The notes under the pieces are model-generated. The model was not told the origin of the DNA. It searched no databases and saw nothing but the letters and a program-made list of their open reading frames with translations. Position numbers and translations under genes: made by a program. Positions 7,891 to 17,009 of a stretch of 42,576 bases of DNA are shown one piece after another. How positions within the stretch are numbered: the first letter of the stretch is position 1; every line of letters begins with the position of its first letter. Source of the DNA: an uncultured Gammaproteobacteria bacterium (GTDB taxonomy: Bacteria > Patescibacteriota > Patescibacteriia > CAIXNZ01); the NCBI GenBank assembly GCA_964590345.1, contig CAZPVP010000005.1, positions 1-42,576 of the forward strand. The letters are read 5' to 3'.

Positions 7891-8859
7891 TTAACGAATT
7901 ATAAAATTTTTTATTTCCCCTTCTTCATTTAAAATAAAATAATAATGCGCTCTAATATAATTATAAATATTCTCTTTCTGCCCTAAAACCTCCTTCATGA
8001 AAAATTTAATATATTTAGAACTTTTTTTATATGATAAATAATACTGTCCCTTTCTATGACCAAAATCTTTTTCATCAAAAATGTTTAATTTATGAAGCTT
8101 AACAAGCGCTTTATCAATTACACACCTAAAAGGTTCCATCATATCACAAGAGAAAGATTTTCTTTGAAAATATAATTGATGGTATATTCCCTTGTAAGTA
8201 TCAAATCCATATACTCTCAATAATGAATCTACAAAATTAAAAAGATAACTATAACCCATATCTAAAAGAATATTATTTTCGTCATTTTTCCCACGAGGTA
8301 TTCTTCTATACCAACTAATTCTAGAAAAATAAGCACGAAAACATTCTTTACTCATACTTCCCTCTAATCCTCTTAGAGATTCCTTATTTTTAGCACCTCT
8401 AATTTTCTTCGTCATAATGCTTTTATAAACCATTCTTTTTTTACCGCCGATTTCTTGAATATTTGCTCCACGTAATAAAGATAATTGATTAATTAATTTA
8501 TTTTCAACAATTTTTTTTGCTATAAAAAGGCATTTATCCTCAGACAAATTATATTGTTTCTGCCTTAAAAGGTAATTACCTTCAGCATATGATTGAATAC
8601 TAGCATAACACTCCAAATTATTTCTAAGCAAAAAAATTGAAGCTCCGGTTCTAACTAATTTTTGGATTAATTTACTGGTAATAGTAATGTCACCAATAAT
8701 AAAAACAATTAATAATCTATGTATCGGGACTTTGCTATAATTCTTATTGTTTTTCAAAACTAAAATATTTTCGTTGTTAAGCTTAATGTTGCATTCTTTA
8801 AAAGAAGAAGCATCTAAGCAAAAAATTTGTTTTTCTTTAAAATCATTGGGTTGGATCAT
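7891..8859 (-). CDS. cas1: CRISPR-associated integrase Cas1
   Basis: 322 aa with Cas1-like motifs NILLDMGYSYLFN, GIYHQ and DMMEPFRCVID. Synteny is cas4-cas1-cas2. Confidence 0.9.
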   Translation of the reverse strand: MIQPNDFKEKQIFCLDASSFKECNIKLNNENILVLKNNKNYSKVPIHRLLIVFIIGDITITSKLIQKLVRTGASIFLLRNNLECYASIQSYAEGNYLLRQKQYNLSEDKCLFIAKKIVENKLINQLSLLRGANIQEIGGKKRMVYKSIMTKKIRGAKNKESLRGLEGSMSKECFRAYFSRISWYRRIPRGKNDENNILLDMGYSYLFNFVDSLLRVYGFDTYKGIYHQLYFQRKSFSCDMMEPFRCVIDKALVKLHKLNIFDEKDFGHRKGQYYLSYKKSSKYIKFFMKEVLGQKENIYNYIRAHYYFILNEEGEIKNFIIR

Positions 8860-8868
8860 AATTTTTAA

Positions 8869-9408
8869 TTAACATAATTCACCATAAATGCACTGTTGGC
8901 ATTTTTTATTATTTAATTTTTTTTTACTGGTTAATAAGTTAAATCTGCGAATATTTTTTAATGAATTATTAAATTTTTTAATAACCTCGCAATTAAAAAC
9001 CACGGAGTATTTCTTATTATCAACTAAAGAATATAATGTTGCTTTTTTTACCTCATATCCCATTTCTTCAAGGCATACCTTTTGAGCATAAAGTTGAAAT
9101 AAATAACCATCATATATTTTTTTAATTTTTCTTTTTCTCTCAATTAACTCTTTCTTTGCGAAGTCATAAATATCAACTTTACCGATCAAACCATATTTAT
9201 CAGAAAAAATTTCTATTCCCTGCACAACATTCTTTTTTGTTGAATATTGCCGATTGTCAATATTTTTATGCGCAATATTACCAGCAATTTGATTTTCTCC
9301 ATTATAATGCCACTTATCAAAATCTTCATAAACACTATGAAAATAAAGCGAACGTGGACAAAAAATAAAATCATTAAGTTTTGAAATTTGAATATAATCG
9401 TAATACAT
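8869..9408 (-). CDS. cas4: CRISPR-associated exonuclease Cas4
   Basis: 179 aa. N-terminal Cys (FIFCPRSLYF), C-terminal CQQCIYGELC, and nuclease core DIYD...ELIERKRK. Confidence 0.85.
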   Translation of the reverse strand: MYYDYIQISKLNDFIFCPRSLYFHSVYEDFDKWHYNGENQIAGNIAHKNIDNRQYSTKKNVVQGIEIFSDKYGLIGKVDIYDFAKKELIERKRKIKKIYDGYLFQLYAQKVCLEEMGYEVKKATLYSLVDNKKYSVVFNCEVIKKFNNSLKNIRRFNLLTSKKKLNNKKCQQCIYGELC

Positions 9409-9431
9409 AATAATCTTAATTTAACATAAAA

Positions 9432-9460
9432 ATATATCATTAAACTTATGACTTTGTCAA
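9432..9460 (-). promoter_or_regulatory. Candidate promoter of the cas4-cas1-cas2 operon
   Basis: On the minus strand: TTGACA, then N15, then TGaTATATT. Confidence 0.45.
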
Positions 9461-9488
9461 TTCCGTTTCAGTAAATTTTATCTAATAG

Positions 9489-9530
9489 AAAACTCCCCCT
9501 TTAAATCTTGAAAATCTTCGGGGGAGTTTT
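9489..9530 (-). terminator. Hairpin downstream of cas12a, a possible attenuating terminator
   Basis: AAAACTCCCCC ... GGGGGAGTTTT: an 11-bp perfect stem with a 20-nt loop. Confidence 0.5.
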
Positions 9531-9554
9531 ATTATAAAGACAATAACTATTTAT

Positions 9555-12500
9555 TTAAGATACAAATTGATCCCATTCATCCTGAGTAATCAACAAATCA
9601 CCATTTTCCATTTTGCTTAAATCACTGAATTTTTTCTTAAATTTGGAAATTTTATCTAAAACAAGGATTCCCTTGCGAGCAATATTATAAGCTCCATTAG
9701 CATCGCCATTAAATACAAAAGGTTCCCTGCCGGAATATTTACTTTTTAAATTCTTTAAATTACTTTCAGAATGGAAATGGCATGAAGGGCATTCAATAAA
9801 ATCGTAGCATTTTTCTTTTATTTCATTTCCACTGTTGTCTTTCTCTACTATAGCATTACGAAGCTGTAAAATAAGACGGATATTATGAATAATCGGTTTA
9901 TAAAAAGAGCCATTCCCCAAATTTTTCCCCTGAATTTGCTTAATTATATTTTCTTTGTTAATTTCTATATTATTTTTTTTGAATATATTTTTTAATTCCT
10001 CATTGGGATATATCCATTTTGTTTCCCCACCGCGGTTATCTTTTCTTCTTAAATATTGCAAACGAGTAACATCCGAATAAAAAACAAATTCGTCCCTTTT
10101 TTCTTTATTGTCAAAAAGAGTAAATCCTGATTTGCTTTTACTGGTCTTTTTCTTTTCTTCTATCACATCTTTTCTTCTGTAAGTAAATCTGAACCTGTCT
10201 TTTTCTTTTTCATAAATGATATCAAATTTTTCAATAAATTGTTTATTCTTTGATCTAATATCTATTTTTGTAGGGATGTTCTTACGAAACCCGCAAACAG
10301 GACATATTGCCGAGGTATAGCTGGCAGGAACATAAAAAATAAAGCCGCATTGTCTGTAAATATCCTTAAAATTATTAATTTTTGGAGTAAGCTGAAAAGC
10401 TTTTGTGGCACTACCTACTTGTTCAAAATCCCGATCCTTAAAAACCAAATAATTAAGCTTTTTTGCCAACGCTAATTCTAAATTTTGATAAACTTGTTTT
10501 TCTATTGCAAATCTGCCCCGTTTAAAGCCCGCGTTCAAATCTTCAAAAATTATAATAGCATTATATTCAATCATTAAATTACAAATTTTCTTTACCAATT
10601 GAGAAATATAGCCTTTTTTCATTTCTTTTATTTTACCAATGATCTGCCAATTTTTACGTGCCTCGGCCCTCTTTTCTTCTAATTCAGATAATTTTTTATG
10701 ATAATCAGTGCCATTGATTTCATTAAATGATCTAGTCTCCAATATATTCTTTCTTTGATCAATAACCGAATAATACGCCAAATGTTTTTCACCTCTATCA
10801 ATACCGATAATATTAACATCTTTATTATTAGCCAAATACTCCCTAACACTTACACTAAAAGAATCGGCTTTGCCTTTGTACTTATTATTATCTTTTTCAA
10901 CTTCATCTCTGGCAAAGTTCAAAGTTAAAGGACAATGAAAAAAAACTTTATTTTCTGTATATCTTTTTTTATTGATAACCTCTACTGAAGTTTTTCTTTT
11001 TTTATCTACCTCCTTATCAAGAGAAGCTTTCCTAAAAAATACTTCTGCCTGACCATTTAATTTTATAATCGGATTATTTTGATTTCTTTCACTGAAAATC
11101 TCTTCCCAAAAAAAAGTATGTAAATTCTTTTTCCCTTCAGCCTTTGAATTAAAATCTTTATTGTGTATTTCAAATAAAAATAATTCCCCGCTATTATTCT
11201 TTTCTTTTATATATTTTTCAGAAATATTTTCAAACCAAATTTTCCAAGTATTTTTGGATAAATCATTATAAAATTCTCCAATATTTTTTTTATATTGTTT
11301 TGTTGGCTTTATATGATTAAAACTAAACAAACTCCAGCTAGGATGCTTAGGAATACATTCCTTAAAAAAATCAATAATTTTATGCATATTTTTTATTGAG
11401 AAAGCAGGGGAATCAATTTTAAATGATCCTGAGCGATAAATATCCAACAGCTCTTTATTTGGACGATATTCCTTAATACCTTTATTCGAAAATATTCCTT
11501 TAGGAAAATCTCTTTTGGGGTCAGCCATTAATTTATAAACCATTTTTTTATAGAATCTCTTATCATTTAAATTACCTTTTTGATATTTATCTAAAAAAAT
11601 ATCATTATGATTTTTTTTCATAATACCCAAATAATATTTACCTTTCTTTTTTAAAATTACACCTAAATTATTTTGTTCTTTATTTTTATCCCATCCATCG
11701 AGGAGTGTACCACATTCAAAATTTAACTTAATTTTATCTTCGCTATAAGGCTTTTGGGTAAGATAATTTCTAAAGACATTATAATACTGCCAGGTATGTA
11801 CATTTTGATAATAATCATTAAAACGATCATAAAATAAGCTATCTTCATCTATACTATCGGGATTCCATAATCTTTCTTTTCCTTTTTCCAAAGAAAAATA
11901 TTTTATCATTTGATAGATAGATAATGAACTTTCGCAATAATCACGAATAATCTCTTTTTGTCTCAAAATATTTTTATAAAGTTTATCTTTTTTAATTATC
12001 GCTTCAATATCTTGTAATACTTCTTCATATCCTTTCTTTTCTTTATTGCCTTTAAAATTTTCGTTAAACTCGCTCTGCCAAATTTTAAGAAAAATTATAT
12101 AATTATCAGACTCTTTACCGCTAAAAATATCCTTATATTTATCACGAAAAATATCATTTCTATCCTTAATTTCAATATTTTGTAATTTTTCTTTTAACTC
12201 AGCTATTGAAACAAAATCAGGCAATTTCTTTTGGCCTTTTTCTATGAATAAACTTCTGATAAAATTCCAATCAGCAAACCACTTATTGGATATTTGATTA
12301 ATAAACCTTCCCGCAACATATATATTGGAAATATTAAAATTGCCGCGATTTGCTAATTGATCTTCAATAAATTCATTAAATAAATCAAATGCTTTGGGAT
12401 TTTGCAATTTATTTTCTTTTATAAAATCATTCATAACTTTAAAGACCTCATTATCTTGAGTAATTTCTATAAAACCGGATTGTTCTATGTCTCTGGCTGT

Positions 12501-13382
12501 CCTCTCTCCCATAATCTGCTTAAAAAGTATTTTAAAAAAAGGCAAATCATTTTTATTTTTTGTTTTTTGACGCTTAAAATTGACTTTTTTGTTTATTTCG
12601 GCAATTAAATCATTATATTGATCTATTTGCCCCTGACTAAGACAATTATTAAAATATTTTAAATTAAAAATATCTTTTTGCACCTTATTGAATATATCAT
12701 CATGCTTCCCTTTATATTTATTTTCAAATTGTTTTTGATTTTCTAAAAATTTCGGCAGATTCTCATTAACTATTCTTGTCGGAATTGCGGTTGAAGTACC
12801 GTCATCTTTATAAAAATTCTTTCTGGTTTGATGAAAGCCGTTAAAATAAGTACTAAATTTATTAAAACTTTCAAAAATACTTTTATCATCAATTACCGCT
12901 TCCGGATATTTATATTTTAAAAAATCAAAAATTTCTTTTTTAAAAAATAAATCCAACTTTTTAAGTTTTCTTACGTTAGTTTTTAGTTCCTCCTTTCTTA
13001 TTTTTTTTAAATATTTATTTTTCCATTCTTCTAATATTTTTTCAAAATTTATTAAAATATTTTTTCTGATTTTTTTAGCTTCGTCTTCTATTTTTTTCTT
13101 ATTTGAATTACTTTTTTCATTTTTATATTTAAAATAAGCTTGCTCATAATCCTTTAACAATTTACTACTAATTTCCGTCTTATGCAGTGCATCATCAATA
13201 AATTCCCTATGTAATTTATCAAACCAATTTTTAACTTCTTTATAATTTTTAGACAAGATTTCGTCTTTTTTAAAAACTTTATTATCTTCAAGCATTTGGG
13301 GAGTATTATATTTTGGTATAAGTTCAAAGCGCAAAGTTTTAGAAAGTTCATAAAGGTTAGTAAACTTGTTTAAATTTCGCAT
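9555..13382 (-). CDS. cas12a: Cas12a (Cpf1) type V-A effector nuclease, 1275 aa
   Basis: N-terminus FTNLYELSKTLRFELIP. RuvC-I IGIDRGEKHLAY, RuvC-II IIIFEDLN, RuvC-III NGDANGAYNIARKG, and YTSAICPVCGF. Adjacent cas4/cas1/cas2 and a Cas12a-type repeat support the call. Confidence 0.95.
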   Translation of the reverse strand: MRNLNKFTNLYELSKTLRFELIPKYNTPQMLEDNKVFKKDEILSKNYKEVKNWFDKLHREFIDDALHKTEISSKLLKDYEQAYFKYKNEKSNSNKKKIEDEAKKIRKNILINFEKILEEWKNKYLKKIRKEELKTNVRKLKKLDLFFKKEIFDFLKYKYPEAVIDDKSIFESFNKFSTYFNGFHQTRKNFYKDDGTSTAIPTRIVNENLPKFLENQKQFENKYKGKHDDIFNKVQKDIFNLKYFNNCLSQGQIDQYNDLIAEINKKVNFKRQKTKNKNDLPFFKILFKQIMGERTARDIEQSGFIEITQDNEVFKVMNDFIKENKLQNPKAFDLFNEFIEDQLANRGNFNISNIYVAGRFINQISNKWFADWNFIRSLFIEKGQKKLPDFVSIAELKEKLQNIEIKDRNDIFRDKYKDIFSGKESDNYIIFLKIWQSEFNENFKGNKEKKGYEEVLQDIEAIIKKDKLYKNILRQKEIIRDYCESSLSIYQMIKYFSLEKGKERLWNPDSIDEDSLFYDRFNDYYQNVHTWQYYNVFRNYLTQKPYSEDKIKLNFECGTLLDGWDKNKEQNNLGVILKKKGKYYLGIMKKNHNDIFLDKYQKGNLNDKRFYKKMVYKLMADPKRDFPKGIFSNKGIKEYRPNKELLDIYRSGSFKIDSPAFSIKNMHKIIDFFKECIPKHPSWSLFSFNHIKPTKQYKKNIGEFYNDLSKNTWKIWFENISEKYIKEKNNSGELFLFEIHNKDFNSKAEGKKNLHTFFWEEIFSERNQNNPIIKLNGQAEVFFRKASLDKEVDKKRKTSVEVINKKRYTENKVFFHCPLTLNFARDEVEKDNNKYKGKADSFSVSVREYLANNKDVNIIGIDRGEKHLAYYSVIDQRKNILETRSFNEINGTDYHKKLSELEEKRAEARKNWQIIGKIKEMKKGYISQLVKKICNLMIEYNAIIIFEDLNAGFKRGRFAIEKQVYQNLELALAKKLNYLVFKDRDFEQVGSATKAFQLTPKINNFKDIYRQCGFIFYVPASYTSAICPVCGFRKNIPTKIDIRSKNKQFIEKFDIIYEKEKDRFRFTYRRKDVIEEKKKTSKSKSGFTLFDNKEKRDEFVFYSDVTRLQYLRRKDNRGGETKWIYPNEELKNIFKKNNIEINKENIIKQIQGKNLGNGSFYKPIIHNIRLILQLRNAIVEKDNSGNEIKEKCYDFIECPSCHFHSESNLKNLKSKYSGREPFVFNGDANGAYNIARKGILVLDKISKFKKKFSDLSKMENGDLLITQDEWDQFVS

Positions 13383-13416
13383 ATTTTTAAAATTAAATTA
13401 TTAATATTTTCAATAA

Positions 13417-13575
13417 TTATATCGCAATAGTAAAGCTAGTCTGAATATCTTGCTCTCGTTTTGACCAGCCATCTTGGGTCTTAAATTTATTAACCAAATC
13501 TTGAATCTTCTTTTTTAATTTTGCCTCTTCCAATTCAACATTGGGCGTGTTTAAAATTATTTTCTTTTTATCCAT
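13417..13575 (-). CDS. 52-codon ORF directly upstream of cas12a (MDKKKIILNTPNVELEEAKLKKKIQDLVNKFKTQDGWSKREQDIQTSFTIAI)
   Basis: Found by hand, since it is below the ORF-track cutoff. It ends 34 nt before the cas12a start. A promoter-like element at 13599-13627 lies upstream. There is no SD. Confidence 0.3.
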   Translation of the reverse strand: MDKKKIILNTPNVELEEAKLKKKIQDLVNKFKTQDGWSKREQDIQTSFTIAI

Positions 13576-13598
13576 AAATTTATTGTAAAATTACTCTA

Positions 13599-13627
13599 AT
13601 TTTAACGCCATTATCGCTTAAAGTCAA
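13599..13627 (-). promoter_or_regulatory. Candidate promoter of the small-ORF/cas12a unit
   Basis: On the minus strand: TTGACT, then N17, then TAAAAT. Confidence 0.45.
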
Positions 13628-13702
13628 TCTAAATTTTAATAAAAATTTAATTTAAAAGAAGTGATTCGTGAATCACTCCTTCATTTGAGATATTTAATTT
13701 TT

Positions 13703-15601
13703 TTATTCCTCGGAACTTTCTGGCTGTTCATTATTTTCTGGTGGTTTTTCAGTCCCGCCTTCTTCACCTTCTGAAGCTTCCTCTGGACCGACTTCATAAA
13801 TTGCACTCCAGGCTACATAATGTGAACGCCAGATTTCTTTTTCTTTTTCCTGACCTGGCCGGGTGATGTAACGGTAAAAATGTGCGTCAGCTCCGCTTCT
13901 GGCATGTTCCATTAATTTTTTTTTGCCTGGTTCTAAATCTGAATTTTCAATCATTCTTGGCGCACCTGGCCCGCGCCAGTTATAAACTTCGGGTTCAGTA
14001 ATTTCAACCTGCCGGCCGTCACTTTTGCCCCAAAAAGTAAAAGTTAATTTTGTATCCTCTATTTCTGTCTGGATTAAAATATAATTGCCAGTATCATTAA
14101 TAAACCTGACATCAGGATGAGGACTATAAATAGCCGCGTCCATGCCAATTGGCTTATAATACGAAACAATATAGGAATGGGGTTTTCTTTCAATTATTGG
14201 CAAACCGCTATACAAAGCTGCCCGAAAAGTTGTTGTGGCTATCTGGCACAACCCTCCCCCATATTCAGGAATAGTCCGATCACCTTTAATTACATATTCT
14301 GGATAATAACCTGTTGAAGCATTAACTGGACCGATTCTTTCAGCCAAAGAAAACCCTTCGCCTGGTTCAATTAACATGCCATGCAAATGATTAGCTGCAT
14401 TAGTAATATTTCTAATTCTATTAATCCGGCTACCAGCAAAATCAGATTCACCAACCCCAATTATTTCTGTAATACCAAAACCATTAACCTCGCCTGTCTT
14501 AACTTGGGGCTCCGATTCTTTAACAATTAAATCAATTTCATTATTTTTTCTGGCAAAAAATTGGTCATTTATCTTTGAAAAATTGCTTTCTATATCTAAT
14601 TTTAAGCCAAACTTATGGGGCTTAAATTCTGTTACTTTGCCATCTTCAAAGGTAAATCTTGCGTCTTGAGCTGGCAAATTAATTTCTTGCGCTAATTCTT
14701 TTAATTTTTTCTTTAATAATTGCGGCTTAAAAGTCAACAAAATTTGCTTATTTGCTTTTTTAAAAGCCAGCCAATTTTTAAATTCATCTCTTTCAATCTC
14801 CCAATTATCATCTTTATACTTTAAAATAATTTTTTCTTGTTTTAAAATATCCTTAATCAAAAGCTTATTTGCTTCGGCTTCTCTTTTGGTAACAGAAGGC
14901 AAAGAAGGTTTTGTTTTCAAATTAATTGTTTGTAAGCTCAAAAAATTAAGATTATTTTTCAAATCATTAATTGCTTGCTCATAATCAATAATGAATCCCC
15001 TTTTTTCTGGTTCAATTTTGAACTCGGTTTCATTAACAAAAACTATTTCAGCATTTTTAGCTGGATTCTCAAAAATTTCAAATTTATTTTGCAAAATTTC
15101 TTTTAAATACTCGTCATGCAACGTATAGATTAATGGAATTTCCTGGCGATATAAAAGGGCTTTTAATTGCTTATTTAGATTTACTAAAAAATTATTTTGT
15201 CTACCATACCAAAAAGCCTGATCAACCATCTTGCTCTTTTCAAAAATTAAAATTTGATAAGCTAAATCAGGATCAGCTGGCGATAAAGTAGTCGTTTCTA
15301 CTTTTAAATTATTGTTTTTATATTTAAAATTCAACCCTCTTAATTTTAAATTATCAACGAACATATTTAATTTATCCATAGCTTCTAAAGGAGTTAAACT
15401 ACCAATTTCTATGCCATCAATGTAAATGCCAGGATAAATTTTATTATAATAATAAAATTGATAAGCAAAAATCGGCATGGCAAAAAATAAACCAATCAAG
15501 AAAAAAACAAAAAAAATAGTTAATAAAACCATTAACTTTTTTTCATTTGCTTTTTTCTTTTTATTTTTAAAAAGTAAATCAAGTCTAAGTTTCATTCGCA
15601 T
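13703..15601 (-). CDS. VanW-family protein with an N-terminal membrane anchor
   Basis: GGGLCQIATTTFRAALYSGLPIIERKPHSY is the VanW core. The N-terminal TM segment is LMVLLTIFFVFFLIGLFF. Confidence 0.85.
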   Translation of the reverse strand: MRMKLRLDLLFKNKKKKANEKKLMVLLTIFFVFFLIGLFFAMPIFAYQFYYYNKIYPGIYIDGIEIGSLTPLEAMDKLNMFVDNLKLRGLNFKYKNNNLKVETTTLSPADPDLAYQILIFEKSKMVDQAFWYGRQNNFLVNLNKQLKALLYRQEIPLIYTLHDEYLKEILQNKFEIFENPAKNAEIVFVNETEFKIEPEKRGFIIDYEQAINDLKNNLNFLSLQTINLKTKPSLPSVTKREAEANKLLIKDILKQEKIILKYKDDNWEIERDEFKNWLAFKKANKQILLTFKPQLLKKKLKELAQEINLPAQDARFTFEDGKVTEFKPHKFGLKLDIESNFSKINDQFFARKNNEIDLIVKESEPQVKTGEVNGFGITEIIGVGESDFAGSRINRIRNITNAANHLHGMLIEPGEGFSLAERIGPVNASTGYYPEYVIKGDRTIPEYGGGLCQIATTTFRAALYSGLPIIERKPHSYIVSYYKPIGMDAAIYSPHPDVRFINDTGNYILIQTEIEDTKLTFTFWGKSDGRQVEITEPEVYNWRGPGAPRMIENSDLEPGKKKLMEHARSGADAHFYRYITRPGQEKEKEIWRSHYVAWSAIYEVGPEEASEGEEGGTEKPPENNEQPESSEE

Positions 15602-15815
15602 CTTTCTTTAATATTTCCTTTAAAATATTTTTAGCCAATTTCTCTTGCTCCGAAGTTGCCTCTTTACTTTTACTTAAATTTAAAAAAATCAAATCACCTT
15701 CCTTTACATCTTCGGTTAATTTACTTTTATCAAGAATTAATTTTTGTCCGTCATCCAAAATTAAAACAGCTTTCCCATCTTCAAAACGATCAATTGTTGC
15801 TCTTAATTGTATCAT
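15585..15815 (-). CDS. DUF3006-domain protein
   Basis: ATIDRFEDGKAVLILDDGQKLILDKSKL..EGDLI pattern. Overlaps the VanW start. Confidence 0.7.
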   Translation of the reverse strand: MIQLRATIDRFEDGKAVLILDDGQKLILDKSKLTEDVKEGDLIFLNLSKSKEATSEQEKLAKNILKEILKKDANET

Positions 15816-15818
15816 TAT

Positions 15819-16295
15819 TTAGCTTTCCTGAATTTTAACATTAATTAATTTTGATTTTTGGGCTTTTGGCAAAATAATTGTTAAAATACCGTTTTTTAAA
15901 ATTGCCTCAACTTTATCAGCCTGCACTTCAACTGGCAAAATAATAGAACGGGAAAACCCCCCCCAATAACATTCTTTATAAAAATAATCGACATCTTTTT
16001 CTTCTATTTCTTGTTCTCTTTTGCCACGAATAGTCAACAAGTCATTATGGATATAAATTTCTAAATCTTCGGGCTTAACTCCGGCAATAGTCGCTTTAAC
16101 AATAATCTTATCTTGGGTTTGATATACATCAACTGAAAGCTGGCCTTCATAATCTTCGGTAAACCATTCCTCTTCTTCTGCTGATTTTAACCCTTTTTGT
16201 GATAAATCCAAAACATGCGACTCATCATTTTGGCCATTTTCTAAATTATTCTTTAATTCTTCTAAACTGGTAAAAAATGTTTGGTCTTCAGCCAT
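15819..16295 (-). CDS. Hsp20/alpha-crystallin small heat-shock protein
   Basis: Alpha-crystallin domain: SVDVYQTQDKIIVKATIAGVKPEDLEIYIHNDLLTIRGKRE...GILTIILPK. Confidence 0.9.
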   Translation of the reverse strand: MAEDQTFFTSLEELKNNLENGQNDESHVLDLSQKGLKSAEEEEWFTEDYEGQLSVDVYQTQDKIIVKATIAGVKPEDLEIYIHNDLLTIRGKREQEIEEKDVDYFYKECYWGGFSRSIILPVEVQADKVEAILKNGILTIILPKAQKSKLINVKIQES

Positions 16296-16640
16296 CTAAA
16301 TTAAATATTAAAAGTTATAAACTTGATTATATTATACTAAAAAAATAAAAGATAAACAAGCAAACCCCTCCAAATAAAACTGTCTTTATCTTTAAAAAAA
16401 GCGTTAAAAATTATTAACAATTTAAATTTTCGTGCTTAATTCTGTTAATTTTCTTTAACAAAGTTATTAACAGACAATTCTTGACAAAATATGCTATAAT
16501 AAAATTATAAAAGGGGGGATCGCTCCTTAAAACTAAAGAAAGGGGGAAAGAAAACTCGGCTAAGAATTTTCAGTTTTTACTGAAAAAACAAACAACCAAT
16601 TTTAACCCAAGAAAGGATGACAAAAAAACGGTGAAGTAAG

Positions 16641-16793
16641 ATGAAACCCAGAACAAAAAAGCTGATTAACACTTATGAAAAATTATCAAATGATTCTGAA
16701 AGCTTTAATTTTTTTCATCAGCCTTTTGTTCCTTCAGTAGCAAAAAGGACTTGGTTTTTACGCCCAGCAGCAAATTGCTGGTGTGGTGGTTAA
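16641..16793 (+). CDS. 50-codon ORF ending ...RPAANCWCGG. Coding status uncertain.
   Basis: Found by hand in a 700-bp ORF-free gap. It lies downstream of the extended -10 TGcTATAAT (16492-16500). The RBS is weak. Confidence 0.2.
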   Translation: MKPRTKKLINTYEKLSNDSESFNFFHQPFVPSVAKRTWFLRPAANCWCGG

Positions 16794-17009
16794 CTTAAAT
16801 TATATTAGTATTTCCAAAAAGAAATTATTTTCAGGGGAATGGTTTAATCAACTATTCAAAATCCTGCACCAAAAAAGTTATTACTATTTATTGTCAAGTT
16901 ATTGTCAAGCAAAAAATTTTTGAATAATTAATTAAGCTAAATAAATTTCTTTCTTTCAAAAAAATTAAACCCTAAAATTGCTTTGGGGTTTTATTATTTT
17001 AAAAAAATA

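Noticed and set aside
4514-13382. CRISPR-associated transposon (CAST) hypothesis, linking the TGT-terminated, repeat-bearing window ends to the type V effector.
   Set aside because: No tnsB, tnsC or tniQ-like ORF occurs anywhere in the window. The effector is a full-length Cas12a with intact RuvC motifs and a complete cas4/cas1/cas2 adaptation module. The orientation of the TGT termini places any transposon body outside the window, not around the CRISPR locus.
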